Of a stretch of 64,000 nt of DNA, positions 12,800 to 25,453 are shown piece by piece; positions within the stretch are counted from its first letter, which is position 1; every line of letters starts with the position of its first letter. Source of the DNA: Eledone cirrhosa (Eukaryota); NCBI GenBank assembly GCA_964016885.1, contig OZ024741.1:396986001-397050000 (forward strand), in the 5' to 3' direction. Position numbers and translations under genes: made by a program. The notes beneath the pieces were generated by a model. That model saw only the letters and a list, made by a program, of their open reading frames with translations. It was not told where the DNA came from and did no database searches.

Positions 12800-13740
12800 G
12801 TCAGTATTGTTTGATTGGTTGTTGTTATTCCATTCATTTTTTTTGTTTAGCTTTGGCTTTCTAAGCTCTATTTCGCTTGCTTCTCTGATTTGCCTACTTG
12901 TTGGGTCATTTCTATGTTTAGATAACATTTTAATTTCTATGTTGTCTATGTTCCCGTCATGTTGTTGTCTGGCGTGTTCGTATAGTACTGAACCGTTTTT
13001 CTTTTCTTTTAATTCCCCCAGTGTTGGTCTATTCTCTCTCCTATGCTTCGAGCTGTCTCACCTATATATGTTGTTGTTATGTTTCTTCTGTACATCTTAT
13101 GCTATAGACTACATTTCTAGATTTACAGTTTATCTGGGGGTTTACATTACACATAACACATTTCTTAATAGTACAGTGAGTTTTCTTAAACGGGTAATGT
13201 TTTGCTGATCGGGGATTTTATGGTAGTTCCTGGCTTTTCTACCACTTTAATCTTTAAGTGGGTCTTTCTCAGGACCTTTCTACATTGGTTAGCTAATTTC
13301 CCTCCAGGGGTAGCATCGACGAACATGACACTCTGGTATCTCTGGTTGTCGTACCATGTGGTGGCTTTCCCTATCTTATGTTTAGTCCTATCTAAGCTAT
13401 TCCATGATTTGCTCCTTTATAATGGGCAAATTTCTTTCATGTCCAGTTCTATGAGGGTCTTATACTTCTCCGTGGTTCCTTTGTATACTCTGATGCTGTC
13501 CCTTTGATTGTAGCCAGAGAACTGCATGCGGTTTAATGAAGTGTTGGATGTGTCTTTCCATTTCTGTTGGGTCGCACATGCGGGACACGTTCTTCATCAC
13601 TCTTACCAAGTCTGCGATCAGAATATTAAACTTAGCACTACTGGACATTGCTGAGGTTTTGAATATCAGGTATTTGGAGGCCATCGGTTTAGCGTAGTGT
13701 GAGTGGAGAATTGCTGTCTTCATTTCTGAAGACAGCATAT
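12800..13740 (-). mobile_element. PLE fragment (Naiad-like): RT thumb, C4 Zn-finger linker and GIY-YIG, frameshifted
   Basis: YAKPMASK..SAM..K..IL; MQFSGY; SVMFVDATP; VVEKPG; C-x4-C-x2-C-x7-C; NVVYSIRC; YIGETARSIGERIDQH; H...H; RQIREA..I...LNKKNEW. Clade label is from memory of motifs. Confidence 0.8.
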
Positions 13741-14030
13741 ATATGTGAAGGTATGTATATTTCCTCTGATAGTTTGTAAAATATTTTTACATAGATCTAT
13801 ACGATATACATACCAACACACATACATATCCTAGAAACGATCGTAAAATGATGAATTTTTTAATATAAGGAACTTGTTCTTTGTTTTTATTCATTGTTTT
13901 TAATTTATCTTGACTCTGTTTTCCTATGATTTTCATCGAAAATTTTTGAATGCATCTTCTCTTTTCATAATATTTGGATTACATTGAGTTCTTCATACGG
14001 ATTGGACACTACCGTATATTTTGTTAGATT

Positions 14031-14100
<70 letters not shown>

Positions 14101-14105
<5 letters not shown>

Positions 14106-14920
14106 ATAATAATAAAATTGAAGACTAAAATCCAAAGAGGGCTCGATAAGGAAAATATATATCAAATATATAAGAACCGTAGAGCAAATATTTATTAAAA
14201 TAACAGATTAAAGTTTAAGCAAAGAATCGCTGCTTTCACCCTTAATGGGATCTCCTGAAACTAACAAAGTCAATCTGTAAACGCAGAACTGGATATTTCA
14301 AAAAACGTTGCAACCGGAGGAAGACAGGAAGACGATACTTTGGTTCGTGGAAACGTTCGCTGGCAAAGAACGGGAAAAAACGAATAATACGTCATTAATA
14401 GGAGCGGTGAACCAACGCAACCTTTTAATGAACGCGTCTGTTTTCTGTATCAGGAGTTTTAGGTATGTTTTCCTGCTTGGTACGGGTATGTTCTTTGTAG
14501 AAATATTCAGATGTTGTTTCTGCATGATGAATATAAGTCAGTAGAGTGCTCAACCGAAGGAGCCAAATAGTAATAATAATAAAATTGAAGACTAAAATCC
14601 AAAGAGGGCTCGATAAGGAAAATATATATCAAATATTTAAGAACCGTAGAGCAAATATTTATTAAAATAACAGATTAAAGTTTAAGCAAATAATCGCTGC
14701 TTTCACCCTTTGCGTTGGTTCACCGCTCCTATTAATGACGTATTATTCGTTTTTTCCCGTTCTTTGCCAGCGAACGTTTCCACGAACCAAAGTATCGTCT
14801 TCCTGTCTTCCTCCGGTTGCAACGTTTTTTGAAATATCCAGTTCTGCGTTTACAGATTGACTTTGTTAGTTTCAGAAGATCCCGTTAAGGGTGAAAGCAG
14901 CGATTCTTTGCTTAAACTTT
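14101..14920 (-). mobile_element. Internally deleted non-autonomous PLE with direct pseudo-LTRs and a 5' inverted segment
   Basis: Direct repeats 14101-14243 and 14568-14710; ORF start MQKQHLNISTKNIPVPSRKTYLKLLIQKTDAFIKRLRW (PLE N-terminal KNIP.P...RW motif) fused to 3' UTR; 14711-14920 is the reverse complement of ~14210-14420. Confidence 0.75.
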
Positions 14921-14928
14921 AATAAATT

Positions 14929-15004
<76 letters not shown>

Positions 15005-15183
15005 ATAACGAAGGAAATGTGGTAAGGAACCAGATGGACCATAACGCACCAGAGTACTCAATACTGAGGGTAGTAGAGTGGGTAATAGGAAAAAGTATGA
15101 CCTCGACGGCAGAGCTCAAGCATATTTCAGTCCAGATATAGCCGTCGAAACGGCTTGAGCTCTGCCGTCGGGGTCATACTTTT

Positions 15184-15232
<49 letters not shown>

Positions 15233-15358
15233 GATTGGTCCTCTGAAATAGCGATGTATACATGAATGTATGTATAGTATATTTGGGCGATAGCGTATGG
15301 TCTTCAAAATGTTTTAATTAAACATACGGTATATTGCCAAATATACTATACATACATT

Positions 15359-15611
<253 letters not shown>

Positions 15612-15810
15612 ATATAAATGTATATATATATATTTGGCGGCCATCTTGTTACCCATAGGCAGATCTCACATAATGCAGCCTCGACAGAAGAATATTGCTC
15701 GCCTATGGCAGACAATAGATATACCCAGGAGACCATAGTGAAATACCAATATATGGAACATTAGATTCATGTAACCATCTTTCTTTACCTTAATTTATTT
15801 TCCTTTTGAA

Positions 15811-15929
15811 GTTCCGATGAACTGCTCCAATTTTACCTAAGTTAATTATCTTCAACTGAACCAGATCAATAATGATCTACAATCATTTGATCCAGAAACA
15901 TTATATGGAGTAGCGAAACAATTGTAAAC
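15811..15929 (+). ncRNA. Hammerhead-like motif with expanded stem II loop and CCGATGA core variant
   Basis: GTT CCGATGA ACTGCTCCA [long loop] TGGAGTAGC GAAA CAATTG TA AAC; palindromic stem III. Confidence 0.6.
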
Positions 15930-16704
15930 GGACATTATTAGTATTATTATTATTATTCTTTACATTCGTTACATTAAACTACAACTATGTTGACAATCTT
16001 TAAATAATGTCTTCCTTGTGAAATTTGTGGTCTTGTTTTGCTTAACTTAATGAATATTTCAGCTCTGTGCACCTAACCTCTGCATGAACCCAGCCACCTC
16101 GCTGCCTTCCACTGCATATTGCACATTGAACACATGCTTTTACGCTTTGGCTTCTAACTAATTCACCAATCTCTCTTCTCCTCTCCTATCTCCATCTCTC
16201 TCTTTAAGATTGGTTACTCTTGAACTGTGTATATATATATATATATATATATGGAGAGAGAGAGAGAGAGAGAGAGGGGAGGGTTGGGGGGATAGAGAGA
16301 ACGTGGTATATATGAAAACATATATGAACATTTTTTTCCTCATGACAGAGAAAGGTACATTTTTTTCGTTAGGGAAAAACAAAATATTTCATTTCAGCGG
16401 CAGGACTAGCCATATGTTTATTGTATAAAGACGTATTACATATATTAATATATGTTTTCATACTCACCTCTCTGATTTGAAGAGTATTACCTCAAGCTGT
16501 CCCTTGATAAAGAGAGTACTTTGACACATTAGATGTATCTTTGCACCGTTTTATTTACCTGCGTTTTCAACATATTTTGTCATCTGGTTCACATATCACA
16601 GTTTCAGGATTCTAATGATGCGAGGGAGATAACTAGTACTTAATTTATGTTAGGAATAGCTCACCTTTTTCAAAGTTATATAATTTGGATGTATTTGTTA
16701 ATAA

Positions 16705-16875
16705 TGGTTTCTGATTTAGGCACAAGGCAAGCAATTATCGCAGTGCATTACTGGTACTTTATTTTATCGACCCCGTAAGGATGAAAGGCAAAGTTAACCT
16801 CGGCGGGATTTGAATTCAGACCATAAAGGGGCGTAACTCTATGCTGCAAAGTATGGCGTCCGACCCTCTAACAGC
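16705..16875 (-). mobile_element. tRNA-derived SINE
   Basis: Reverse complement of the 1110-1298 family. Confidence 0.8.
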
Positions 16876-16914
16876 GTTCTAAAACATACACCATCATATT
16901 TTTGATTTGTTGAA

Positions 16915-17200
16915 CCTCTGACCCCGTATTGACGTGCTCCTTCGTAAAATCGGATCGTCAACAGCCCATCATGGGAAGGAACTCTGCGAGGTGGGATGGC
17001 TGTTGTAGCGGGTGTCGCTGGCCATTGTCCGCGGAAATGGTTTTGCAGTTTTGTCCGCGGGACGCCGTTCAAACACTACCCCTGCCCCAGGCATAGAGCC
17101 AACCGGTGCCTCCCCTTCCCCTCCCCTTTCTTTTATGACCCAAGAGTCTTTGCTTTTCCCTCCTTTTCCTCTCATTTACAACCCTTTCTCCTTTTTTATC
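16915..17200 (+). mobile_element. CRE-like LINE 3' fragment
   Basis: LLRKIG...EVGWLL*RVSLAIVRGNGFAVLS; related to 35525-35790 and 36119-36430. Confidence 0.65.
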
Positions 17201-17415
17201 TACCCTTCTTTACCCCCTTCTTTACCCCTTTTTTTACCCCTACTTTACCCCATTCTTTACCCCCTTCTTTACCCCTTTCTTTACCCCCTTCTTTACCCCT
17301 TTCTTTACCCCCTTCTTTACCCCTTTCTTTACCCCTTTTTTTACCTCTTTCTTTACCCCCTTCTTTACCTCTTTCTTTACCCCTTTCTTAATCTGCCCTT
17401 CTTTACCCCTTTCTT
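17200..17415. repeat. 12-bp minisatellite (CTTTACCCCYTT)n
   Basis: Direct inspection; G-run-rich on the minus strand. Confidence 0.9.
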
Positions 17416-17819
17416 TACGAACCAAGGGAGGTAACTTTCTTTACCCTTTTCTTTATCTGACCCCCACCCTCCTGTTCGTTTCTTGGTTTCGTTTTTATCC
17501 TCTCTTTTTCTTTCTCCTTCATATTTCCATCAGTATTTCTAATGTTATTTATACAACTGTGAATTGATTTATTGTCTGTAATTCTATTACATAACAACTT
17601 TTTAGTGACTATTTATGTAATCTATATAACAAGAGCCGTGTCTCCGTCATTCACACTCACTTTATATAGAGAGGGGGAGCGCCACGCGAGAGATATGTAC
17701 ATAGATAGAGAGAGTAAAGGGAACGCCGTGTGTTTTTGAGATGACAGAAAAAGGTCGATAGACAGAAAGTTATGACGTCGCCCCCATCTATATATAGAGG
17801 CGGAGAAAGAGATGTAAAT

Positions 17820-18016
17820 AGAGAGAAAAGGAAGAGAGAGAGTGTGTGTGTGTGTGTGTGAGAAAGAGGGAAAGAGAGAGAGTGTGTGTGTGCGTGAGAG
17901 AGAGAGAGAGTGTGTGTGTGTGTATGTTTGTGAGAGAGAGAGAGTGTGTGTGCATGTGTGAGAGAGAGAGAGAAGAGAGAGAGTGTGTGTGTGTGTGAGT
18001 GAGAGAGCGAGAACGA

Positions 18017-18071
<55 letters not shown>

Positions 18072-18143
18072 TGTGTGTGTGACAGAGAGAGTGTGTGTGT
18101 GAGAGAGAGAGAGAGTGTGTGTGTATGAGAGAGTATGTGTGTA

Positions 18144-18186
<43 letters not shown>

Positions 18187-18247
18187 TAGTGTGTGTGAGA
18201 GTGTGTGTCTGTATGTGTGAGAGAGAATGTGTGTGTGTGTGTGTCTG

Positions 18248-18310
<63 letters not shown>
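17820..18310. repeat. Compound (GA)n/(GT)n microsatellite
   Basis: Direct inspection. Confidence 0.9.
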
Positions 18311-18311
<1 letters not shown>

Positions 18312-18313
<2 letters not shown>

Positions 18314-18584
18314 TCTGTCTGTCTGTCTGTCAGACTCCCTAAACCTCGAGAACCACCCTACCGATTGTTTTCAAACTTTACACATGTAATATTTATGGTC
18401 CTGTGAGTGTTTTGAGCAAAATCAATTTCAAATTTTCAATGCCCTAGGCGTTTTACCGTTCTCTCTCTATAACTCTTAGTCTTTCTTTTTAGATAGATAC
18501 ATAGATATAACGTTGTGCCCTTATAATATCTGTCTGTATGTCTGGCTGTCTGTATCACGACATTATTACGCGGTGTGTGTGTGT

Positions 18585-18675
<91 letters not shown>

Positions 18676-19332
18676 GTGTGTATATACATATAGTGTGTAA
18701 CGTTTTTCGAAATATCTACTTCTGCGTTCACAGATTGATTTTTTTAGTTTCAGAAGATCCCGTTAAGGGTGAAAGCAGCGATTCTTTGCTTAAACTTTAA
18801 TCTGTTATTCTAATATATATATATATATGGGGAGGGTCATATTTGTGTAATAATATTGCCAGAATTAATAACAGAACACTCACTGTTTGGTTGGTTTTCG
18901 CTTCTGTGTCTTTTATATCGGTTAATTTAATTTATTCGGTCCTCAATGTTACCATTGACTGACCAACGGTCAAAAATACAGATATAATATAGACACAAAC
19001 ACATATATATATAGTCTAACAAAGTTCTTTCGTTGCACATCTGCAACATCGTCAGTGGTGCTATTATGTTTCCTCCTGTTGCATTGTATGCCTACGCCAT
19101 CTTTATTTAGTCTGTTTATTTATTATTATTTTTTTGTCTTCTCTGCGCATGCGTTTGCGTGTGTGTATAGTGTTTGATGTGCGTTCGTGTTTGGGTCACT
19201 GTGTATTGGTTATTGTATTCTATCTTAGTTTATGTGTTTGTTGTTATTGTGCTTGTGTATGTATTTATTTATTTATACTTCGCTTAGGTCAGTATTGTTT
19301 GTCAAAAACCTCGCAAAACTAATTCATCGCCG

Positions 19333-19413
<81 letters not shown>

Positions 19414-19590
19414 TACACACACACATATATATATATATAATTATATATTCGTGTACAGATATTTTTGCATACACAATAACAAAATATAAACAAACGTATT
19501 TATTTCACGAGGCTCGATAGGGATGAATATATATCAAATATATAAGAACCCTAGAGCAAATCTCGAGCAACGCCGGGCCATTCTGCTAGT
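18312..19590 (+). mobile_element. Composite non-autonomous Helitron-like element with captured or nested fragments
   Basis: (GTCT)n..ACCGATTGTTTTCAAACTT core typical of such elements; hairpin + CTAG 3' end at 19561-19589; contains a PLE piece (18700-18810) and a reverse copy of 1-95 (~18826-18917). 5' boundary uncertain. Confidence 0.55.
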
Positions 19591-19866
19591 ATAATATAAA
19601 TACTAAACAGATGTTGTTCCCAATTTGTGTATAAACAGCGGTGAGAAGCAAATCAAGGGAAGTCACTTAGTATTACTAATGTTGCCCATTGTATGTGGTT
19701 TAAGATAACAAGGGGGGTAACTTCGCACTAAAATGTATTGCTATTCTGTATCCATTTCTTAATCAATGCACTAAAATACATTGATGTGCATTTAACAAAT
19801 TATTTTCTTTTTATTGTTTTTATAATTTATTATTTCAAACGTTCAACCATCCGACAGGAAGTTATG

Positions 19867-19907
19867 CGATGCTGACGATAGCTAATAAGCTTGAAACTAG
19901 TACATCG
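19867..19907 (+). ncRNA. Minimal type I hammerhead ribozyme, intact core
   Basis: CGATG CTGACGA TAGC TAATAA GCTT GAAA CTAG TA CATCG. Confidence 0.88.
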
Positions 19908-20294
19908 TTCCTATGTCAGTGTTGAACAAAAAGGCGACGTGGTTGCCTAAACACTGTACGGCGTAAATCGGGCTTTGTTTGTTTACAAACAAACAAACCG
20001 AGCATTATAATAAATGTTCGGTAAACCGATATGTGCATATATATATATGTGTGCATGTATGTATATATATACATACTACTGTACGTCTGTATACATATAT
20101 GTATGTACGTATACATACATACTTACATTTAAGTTAAAAGCCGTACTAAGAGTGAGAAATGAAATTCCGTTTCATTCTATTCCATTTATAATTTATTAAT
20201 AAACTACCAATAGAACCAAGGGAGGTAACTTACCTGATTTTTTTTAAATTTATATTTTCTTATCTTTGTCATTGTTTGATATATACTAGTTGCA

Positions 20295-22432
20295 GCTCTC
20301 TATTACAACAATCACCTCTCACTCTCTCCCCCTCTCACTCACTCCCCCTCTCTCTATTACAACAACCACCTCTCACTCTCACCACCTCTCACTCACTCCC
20401 CCTCTCTCTATTACAACAACCACCTCTCACTCTCACCATCTCTCACTCACTCCCCCTCTCTCTATTACAACAACCACCTCTCACTCTCACCACCTCTCAC
20501 TCACTCCCCCTCTCTCTATTACAACAACCACCTCTCACTCTCTCCCTCTCTCACTCACTCCCCCTCTCTCTATTACAACAACCACCTCTCACTCTCACCA
20601 CCTCTCACTCACTCCCCCTCTCTCTATTGCAACAACCACCTCTCACTCTCACCATCTCTCACTCACTCCCCTCTCTCTATTACAACAACCACCTCTCACT
20701 CTCACCACCTCTCACTCACTCCCCCTCTCTCTATTACAACAACCACCTCTCACTCTCTCCCCCTCTCACTCACTCCCCCTCTCTCTATTACAACAACCAC
20801 CTCTCACTCTCACCACCTCTCACTCACTCCCCCTCTCTCTATTGCAACAACCACCTCTCACTCACTCCCCCTCTCTCTATTACAACAACCACCTCTCACT
20901 CTCACCATCTCTCACTCACTCCCCCTCTCTCTATTACAACAACCACTTCTCACTCTCACCATCTCTCACTCACTCCCCCTCTCTCTATTACAACAACTAC
21001 CTCTCACTCTCACCACCTCTCACTCACTCCCCCTCTCTCTATTACAACAACCACTTCTCACTCTCACCATCTCTCACTCACTCCCCCTCTCTCTATTACA
21101 ACAACCACTTCTCACTCTCACCATCTCTCACTCACTCCCCCTCTCTCTATTACAACAATCATCTCTCACTCTCACCATCTCTCACTCTCACCACCTCTCA
21201 CTCACTCCCCCTCTCTCTATTCCAACAACCACCTCTCACTCTCACCACCTCTCACTCACCTCCCCTCTCTCTATTACAACAACCACCTCTCACTCACTTC
21301 CCCTCTCTCTATTACAACAACCACCTCTCACACTCACCACCTCTCACTCACCTCCCCTCTCTCTATTACAACAACCAGCTCTCACTCTCACCACCTCCCC
21401 TCTCTCTATTACAACAACCACCTCTCACTCTCACCACCTCTCACTCACTCCCCCTCTCTCTATTACAACAACCACCTCTCACTCTCACCACCTCTCACTC
21501 ACTTCCCCTCTCTCTATTACAACAACCACCTCTCACTCTCACCACCTCTCACTCACTCTCCCTCTCTCTATTACAACAACCACCTCTCACTCTCACCACC
21601 TCTCACTCAACCCCCTCTCTCTATTACAACAACCACCTCTCACTCTCACTCACTCTCCCTCTCTCTATTACAACAACCACCTCTCATTCACTCCCCCTCT
21701 CTCTATTACAACAACCACCTCTCATTCTCACCAACTCTCACTCACCTCCCCTCTCTCTATTACAACAACCACCTCTCACTCTCACCACCTCTCACTCACC
21801 TCCCCTCTCTCTATTACAACAACCACCTCTCACTCTCACCACCTCTCACTCACCTCCCCTCTCTCTATTACAACAACCACCTCTCACTCTCACCACCTCT
21901 CACTCACCTCCTCTCTCTCTATTACAACAACCACCTCTCATTCACTTCCCCTCTCTCTATTACAACAATCACCTCTCACTCTCTCCCCCTCTCACTCACT
22001 CCCCCTCTCTCTATTACAACAACCACCTCTCACTCTCACCACCTCTCACTCACTCCCCCTCTCTCTATTACAACAACCACCTCTCACTCTCACCATCTCT
22101 CACTCATTCCCCCTCTCTCTATTACAACAACCACCTCTCACTCTCACCACCTCTCACTCACTCCCCCTCTCTCTATTACAACAACCACCTCTCACTCTCT
22201 CCCCCTCTCACTCACTCCCCTCTCTCTATTACAACAACCACCTCTCACTCTCACCACCTCTCACTCACTCCCCCTCTCTCTATTACAACAACCACCTCTC
22301 ACTCTCACCACCTCTCACTCACTCCCCCCTCTCTCTATTACAACAACCACCTCTCACTCTCACCACCTCTCACTCACTCCCCCCTCTCTCTATTACAACA
22401 AACATCTCTCACTACCTCTCACTCCCCCTCTC
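20295..22432. repeat. ~54-bp pyrimidine-rich minisatellite (CTCTCTCTATTACAACAACCACCTCTCACTCTCACCACCTCTCACTCACTCCCC)
   Basis: Period read from recurring ATTACAA (20410, 20464...); short inverted copy at ~22755-22830. Confidence 0.95.
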
Positions 22433-22487
22433 TAACTAACTGAAATGTAAGGTGCGGACAAACGAAAAGAATACGGAGTTTTATGGC

Positions 22488-22597
<110 letters not shown>

Positions 22598-23398
22598 TAT
22601 GTGTATGTGTGTGTGTGTGTATTTCTCTCTCTCACTGTGTGTGTGTGTGTATTTCTCTCTCTCACTGTGGGTGTGTGTGTATTTCTCTCTCTCACTGTGT
22701 GTGAGCGTGTGTATGTGTGCGTGTGTGCGTATTTCTCTCTCTTACTGTGTGTGTGTGAGAGAGATGGTTGTTGTAATAGAGAGAGGGGAAAGGTGAGTGA
22801 GAGATGGTTGTTATAACAGAGACTAAATCTGTTATAGTAGTACAATACCTGCCCGACACATCAGGATGCACCAATCAAACGTAAACAATTACCTGTACCA
22901 TAACTCTAGTAACAAGAAACGAGGGATGCACCCAACTAGTGGTGGTCATATTTGAAATTTCCTCAACGAACCACGCAGCTATCTGTCGACTGTCCACAGA
23001 GACATTGTAAATGTATAATCATTACAATTAGGGACTTTTCCTAAATCGATAAACCCGATGTGCATAAATACCGTATTGCCAACATTTAATTCAATAGTAT
23101 TTTAAACCTTCATCGATAACAATATCGACAATAAATAAAATAACTAAACATGACTGTATCTCTTAATATCTACATTGTTTTAATAAACATTAGTGCAAGG
23201 TACAGTAAAAGAGACAAGAATAGAGAATGAGAGGGTGGAATGATTAGGGCAGGTAGAGAGGGCGAAAGAGAGAGGGGGAGTTAAAACGTTTAGAATATAT
23301 ATGTAGTGATAGAAGAAGAAAACATAATTAAGAGAGAGGGGGGGGAGAAAGCGAGGAAGTTGCAAGCCGTAGCAACTGAGAAAAAGGAAGTGGTGTAG

Positions 23399-23608
<210 letters not shown>

Positions 23609-23639
23609 TGTATATATATATATATATATATATATAGAC

Positions 23640-23690
<51 letters not shown>

Positions 23691-23771
23691 ATAAAATATG
23701 GAGAAAAATACTGCAGGTAGCGCATGGATAACATGTAATAAAATGAGTCCCTCATCAGTGATTTGCCGACG

Positions 23772-23812
<41 letters not shown>

Positions 23813-23825
23813 ATATATATATATG

Positions 23826-23892
<67 letters not shown>

Positions 23893-23920
23893 CTACTCCA
23901 TTAGCAAAGGTTTCTGGATC

Positions 23921-23990
23921 CTCTGTCTGACGACCGATCCAGACGTATATATTATTATTGTCTGGGATCCAGAAACCTTTGGTAATGGAG
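23921..23990 (+). ncRNA. Type I hammerhead ribozyme, intact core, preceded by an inverted copy of its own 3' end (23890-23920)
   Basis: CTCTGT CTGACGA ccGATCCAGAC[loop]GTCTgGGATCca GAAA CC TTT GG TA ATGGAG. Confidence 0.75.
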
Positions 23991-24083
23991 TAGTTATATT
24001 TTGTGTTGTTCACTTTCTAATTAAATAACTCTGTTCTATATATAGAGCACTCTTTTTTCCTTTGCTTTTCCTTCGGAATTACC

Positions 24084-24152
<69 letters not shown>

Positions 24153-24349
24153 ACGAAGGAAGTGTGGTAAGGAACCAGATGGACCATAACGCACCAGAGT
24201 ACTCAATACTTAGGGTAGTAGAGTGGGTAATAGGAAAAAGTTTAAGTTTAACCCCGACGGCAGAGCTCAAGCCGTTTCGACAGCTATTTCTGGACTCCAG
24301 TAATAGCCGTCGAAACGGCTTGAGCTCTGCCGTTGGGGTTAAACTTTTT

Positions 24350-24388
<39 letters not shown>

Positions 24389-24685
24389 AGATTCAGGACC
24401 CGACATCTCTGCTCCGGCCGTTTCGACAGATAGATCCGAACTAAGCGACCAGTATCCATACTCGTAGCTTAGTTCGGATCTAGTTGTCGAAACGGCCAGA
24501 ACTCAGCCGTCGGCGTCCTTAATCTTTTCATATTACCCACTCTACTACCACAAGTATCGAGTACTCTGGTGCGTTATGGTCCACCATAACCCACCAGAGT
24601 AAGTAATGTGGGTAATATGAAGATTCAGGGTACACACACATATATATATATACCTGTGTGGGTGTGTGGGTGGGTGTGGGTGTGG

Positions 24686-24719
<34 letters not shown>

Positions 24720-24809
24720 TACAAGTAGGTAGAGAGTTTGGGGGAAAGAGAGAGCGAGAGAAGCTAGCAAACAGTATTATGAAAGTGATATGATCATTGA
24801 TGAAATAAG

Positions 24810-24992
24810 TTATTTTTTCTCTTCGAATGTTCCAGCTCCTTTGTAGTTGCCAACATAACCCGAATCATCTTTGAGATCAACTCGGCCTTCAATTCCTTTA
24901 CCTTTTCCTTCAGCATCAAACCGTTCTTTGTGAGTTCCTGTGAACCCTGACGCATCTGTTAACTTATCAACGTTACCAGTCTTGGACTTTTT
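24810..24992 (-). CDS. TPPP: TPPP family protein, terminal coding exon ([37 protein letters not shown]...[17 protein letters not shown])
   Basis: Diagnostic p25-alpha C-terminal motifs LTD...TGTHKERF, Rossmann-like GxGxGxxGR and GYVxxYK; acceptor TTCTTCAG, phase 0; TAA at 24812-24810. Joined CDS 537 nt = 178 aa + stop. Confidence 0.95.
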   Translation of the reverse strand, partial: KKSKTGNVDKLTDASGFTGTHKERFDAEGKGKGIEGRVDLKDDSGYVGNYKGAGTFEEKK

Positions 24993-25269
24993 CTGAAGAA
25001 TACAACATGAAAGCATTTATCATTATAACAAAAGCTATTTGTTAATGTTTTAAGAGAGAGAGAAAAAAAACAATTGTGTGGTACTTTATTTATCACACGT
25101 AAGCCCACTCACTCACACACTGTCACATACACACACATACACATACATAGCTACACATAAAGCCCATTCTCACACACACTCTAAAAGATACACAAACACA
25201 CATAAACCCACACACACACTCTCAAAAGCACACACATACACAACAGCACATAAACACACACATACATAA

Positions 25270-25333
25270 CTTAGACTTTTTCTGAAGAATACAACATGAA
25301 AGCATTTATCATTATAACAAAAGGTAGTTGTTA
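25270..25333 (-). repeat. Duplicate of the TPPP intron 2/exon 3 junction (duplicate continues at 26164-26231)
   Basis: GACTTTTTCTGAAGAATACAACATGAAAGCATTTATCATTATAACAAAAG matches 24985-25034. Confidence 0.9.
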
Positions 25334-25453
25334 ATATGTATAAATATTTTGTATCTCCAAAGAAATACAGTTTTAGGAAGCCGTAGCTATGCAAACACCG
25401 GGTGGGTGGGGGCTAACGCTCTCTGGTGATGTCCAGCAGAAGCAAGGGGCACA

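Noticed and set aside
13050-13200. Possible selenocysteine (UGA) codons in the Naiad-like PLE zinc finger
   Set aside because: The Cys positions I read are ordinary TGT codons; disruptions are frameshifts.
17200-17415. Telomere-like repeat
   Set aside because: The unit is 12-bp CTTTACCCCYTT, not TTAGGG; it sits at a LINE tail.
20276-22443. Two ~718-aa S/L/T/H/P-rich ORFs
   Set aside because: 54-bp minisatellite open in several frames; no splice or domain evidence.
23720-23762. Minus-strand CTGATGAGGGA hammerhead start; also CGGATGAACTT at ~1834
   Set aside because: No GAAA/NUH half at a pairable position; at most deleted remnants.
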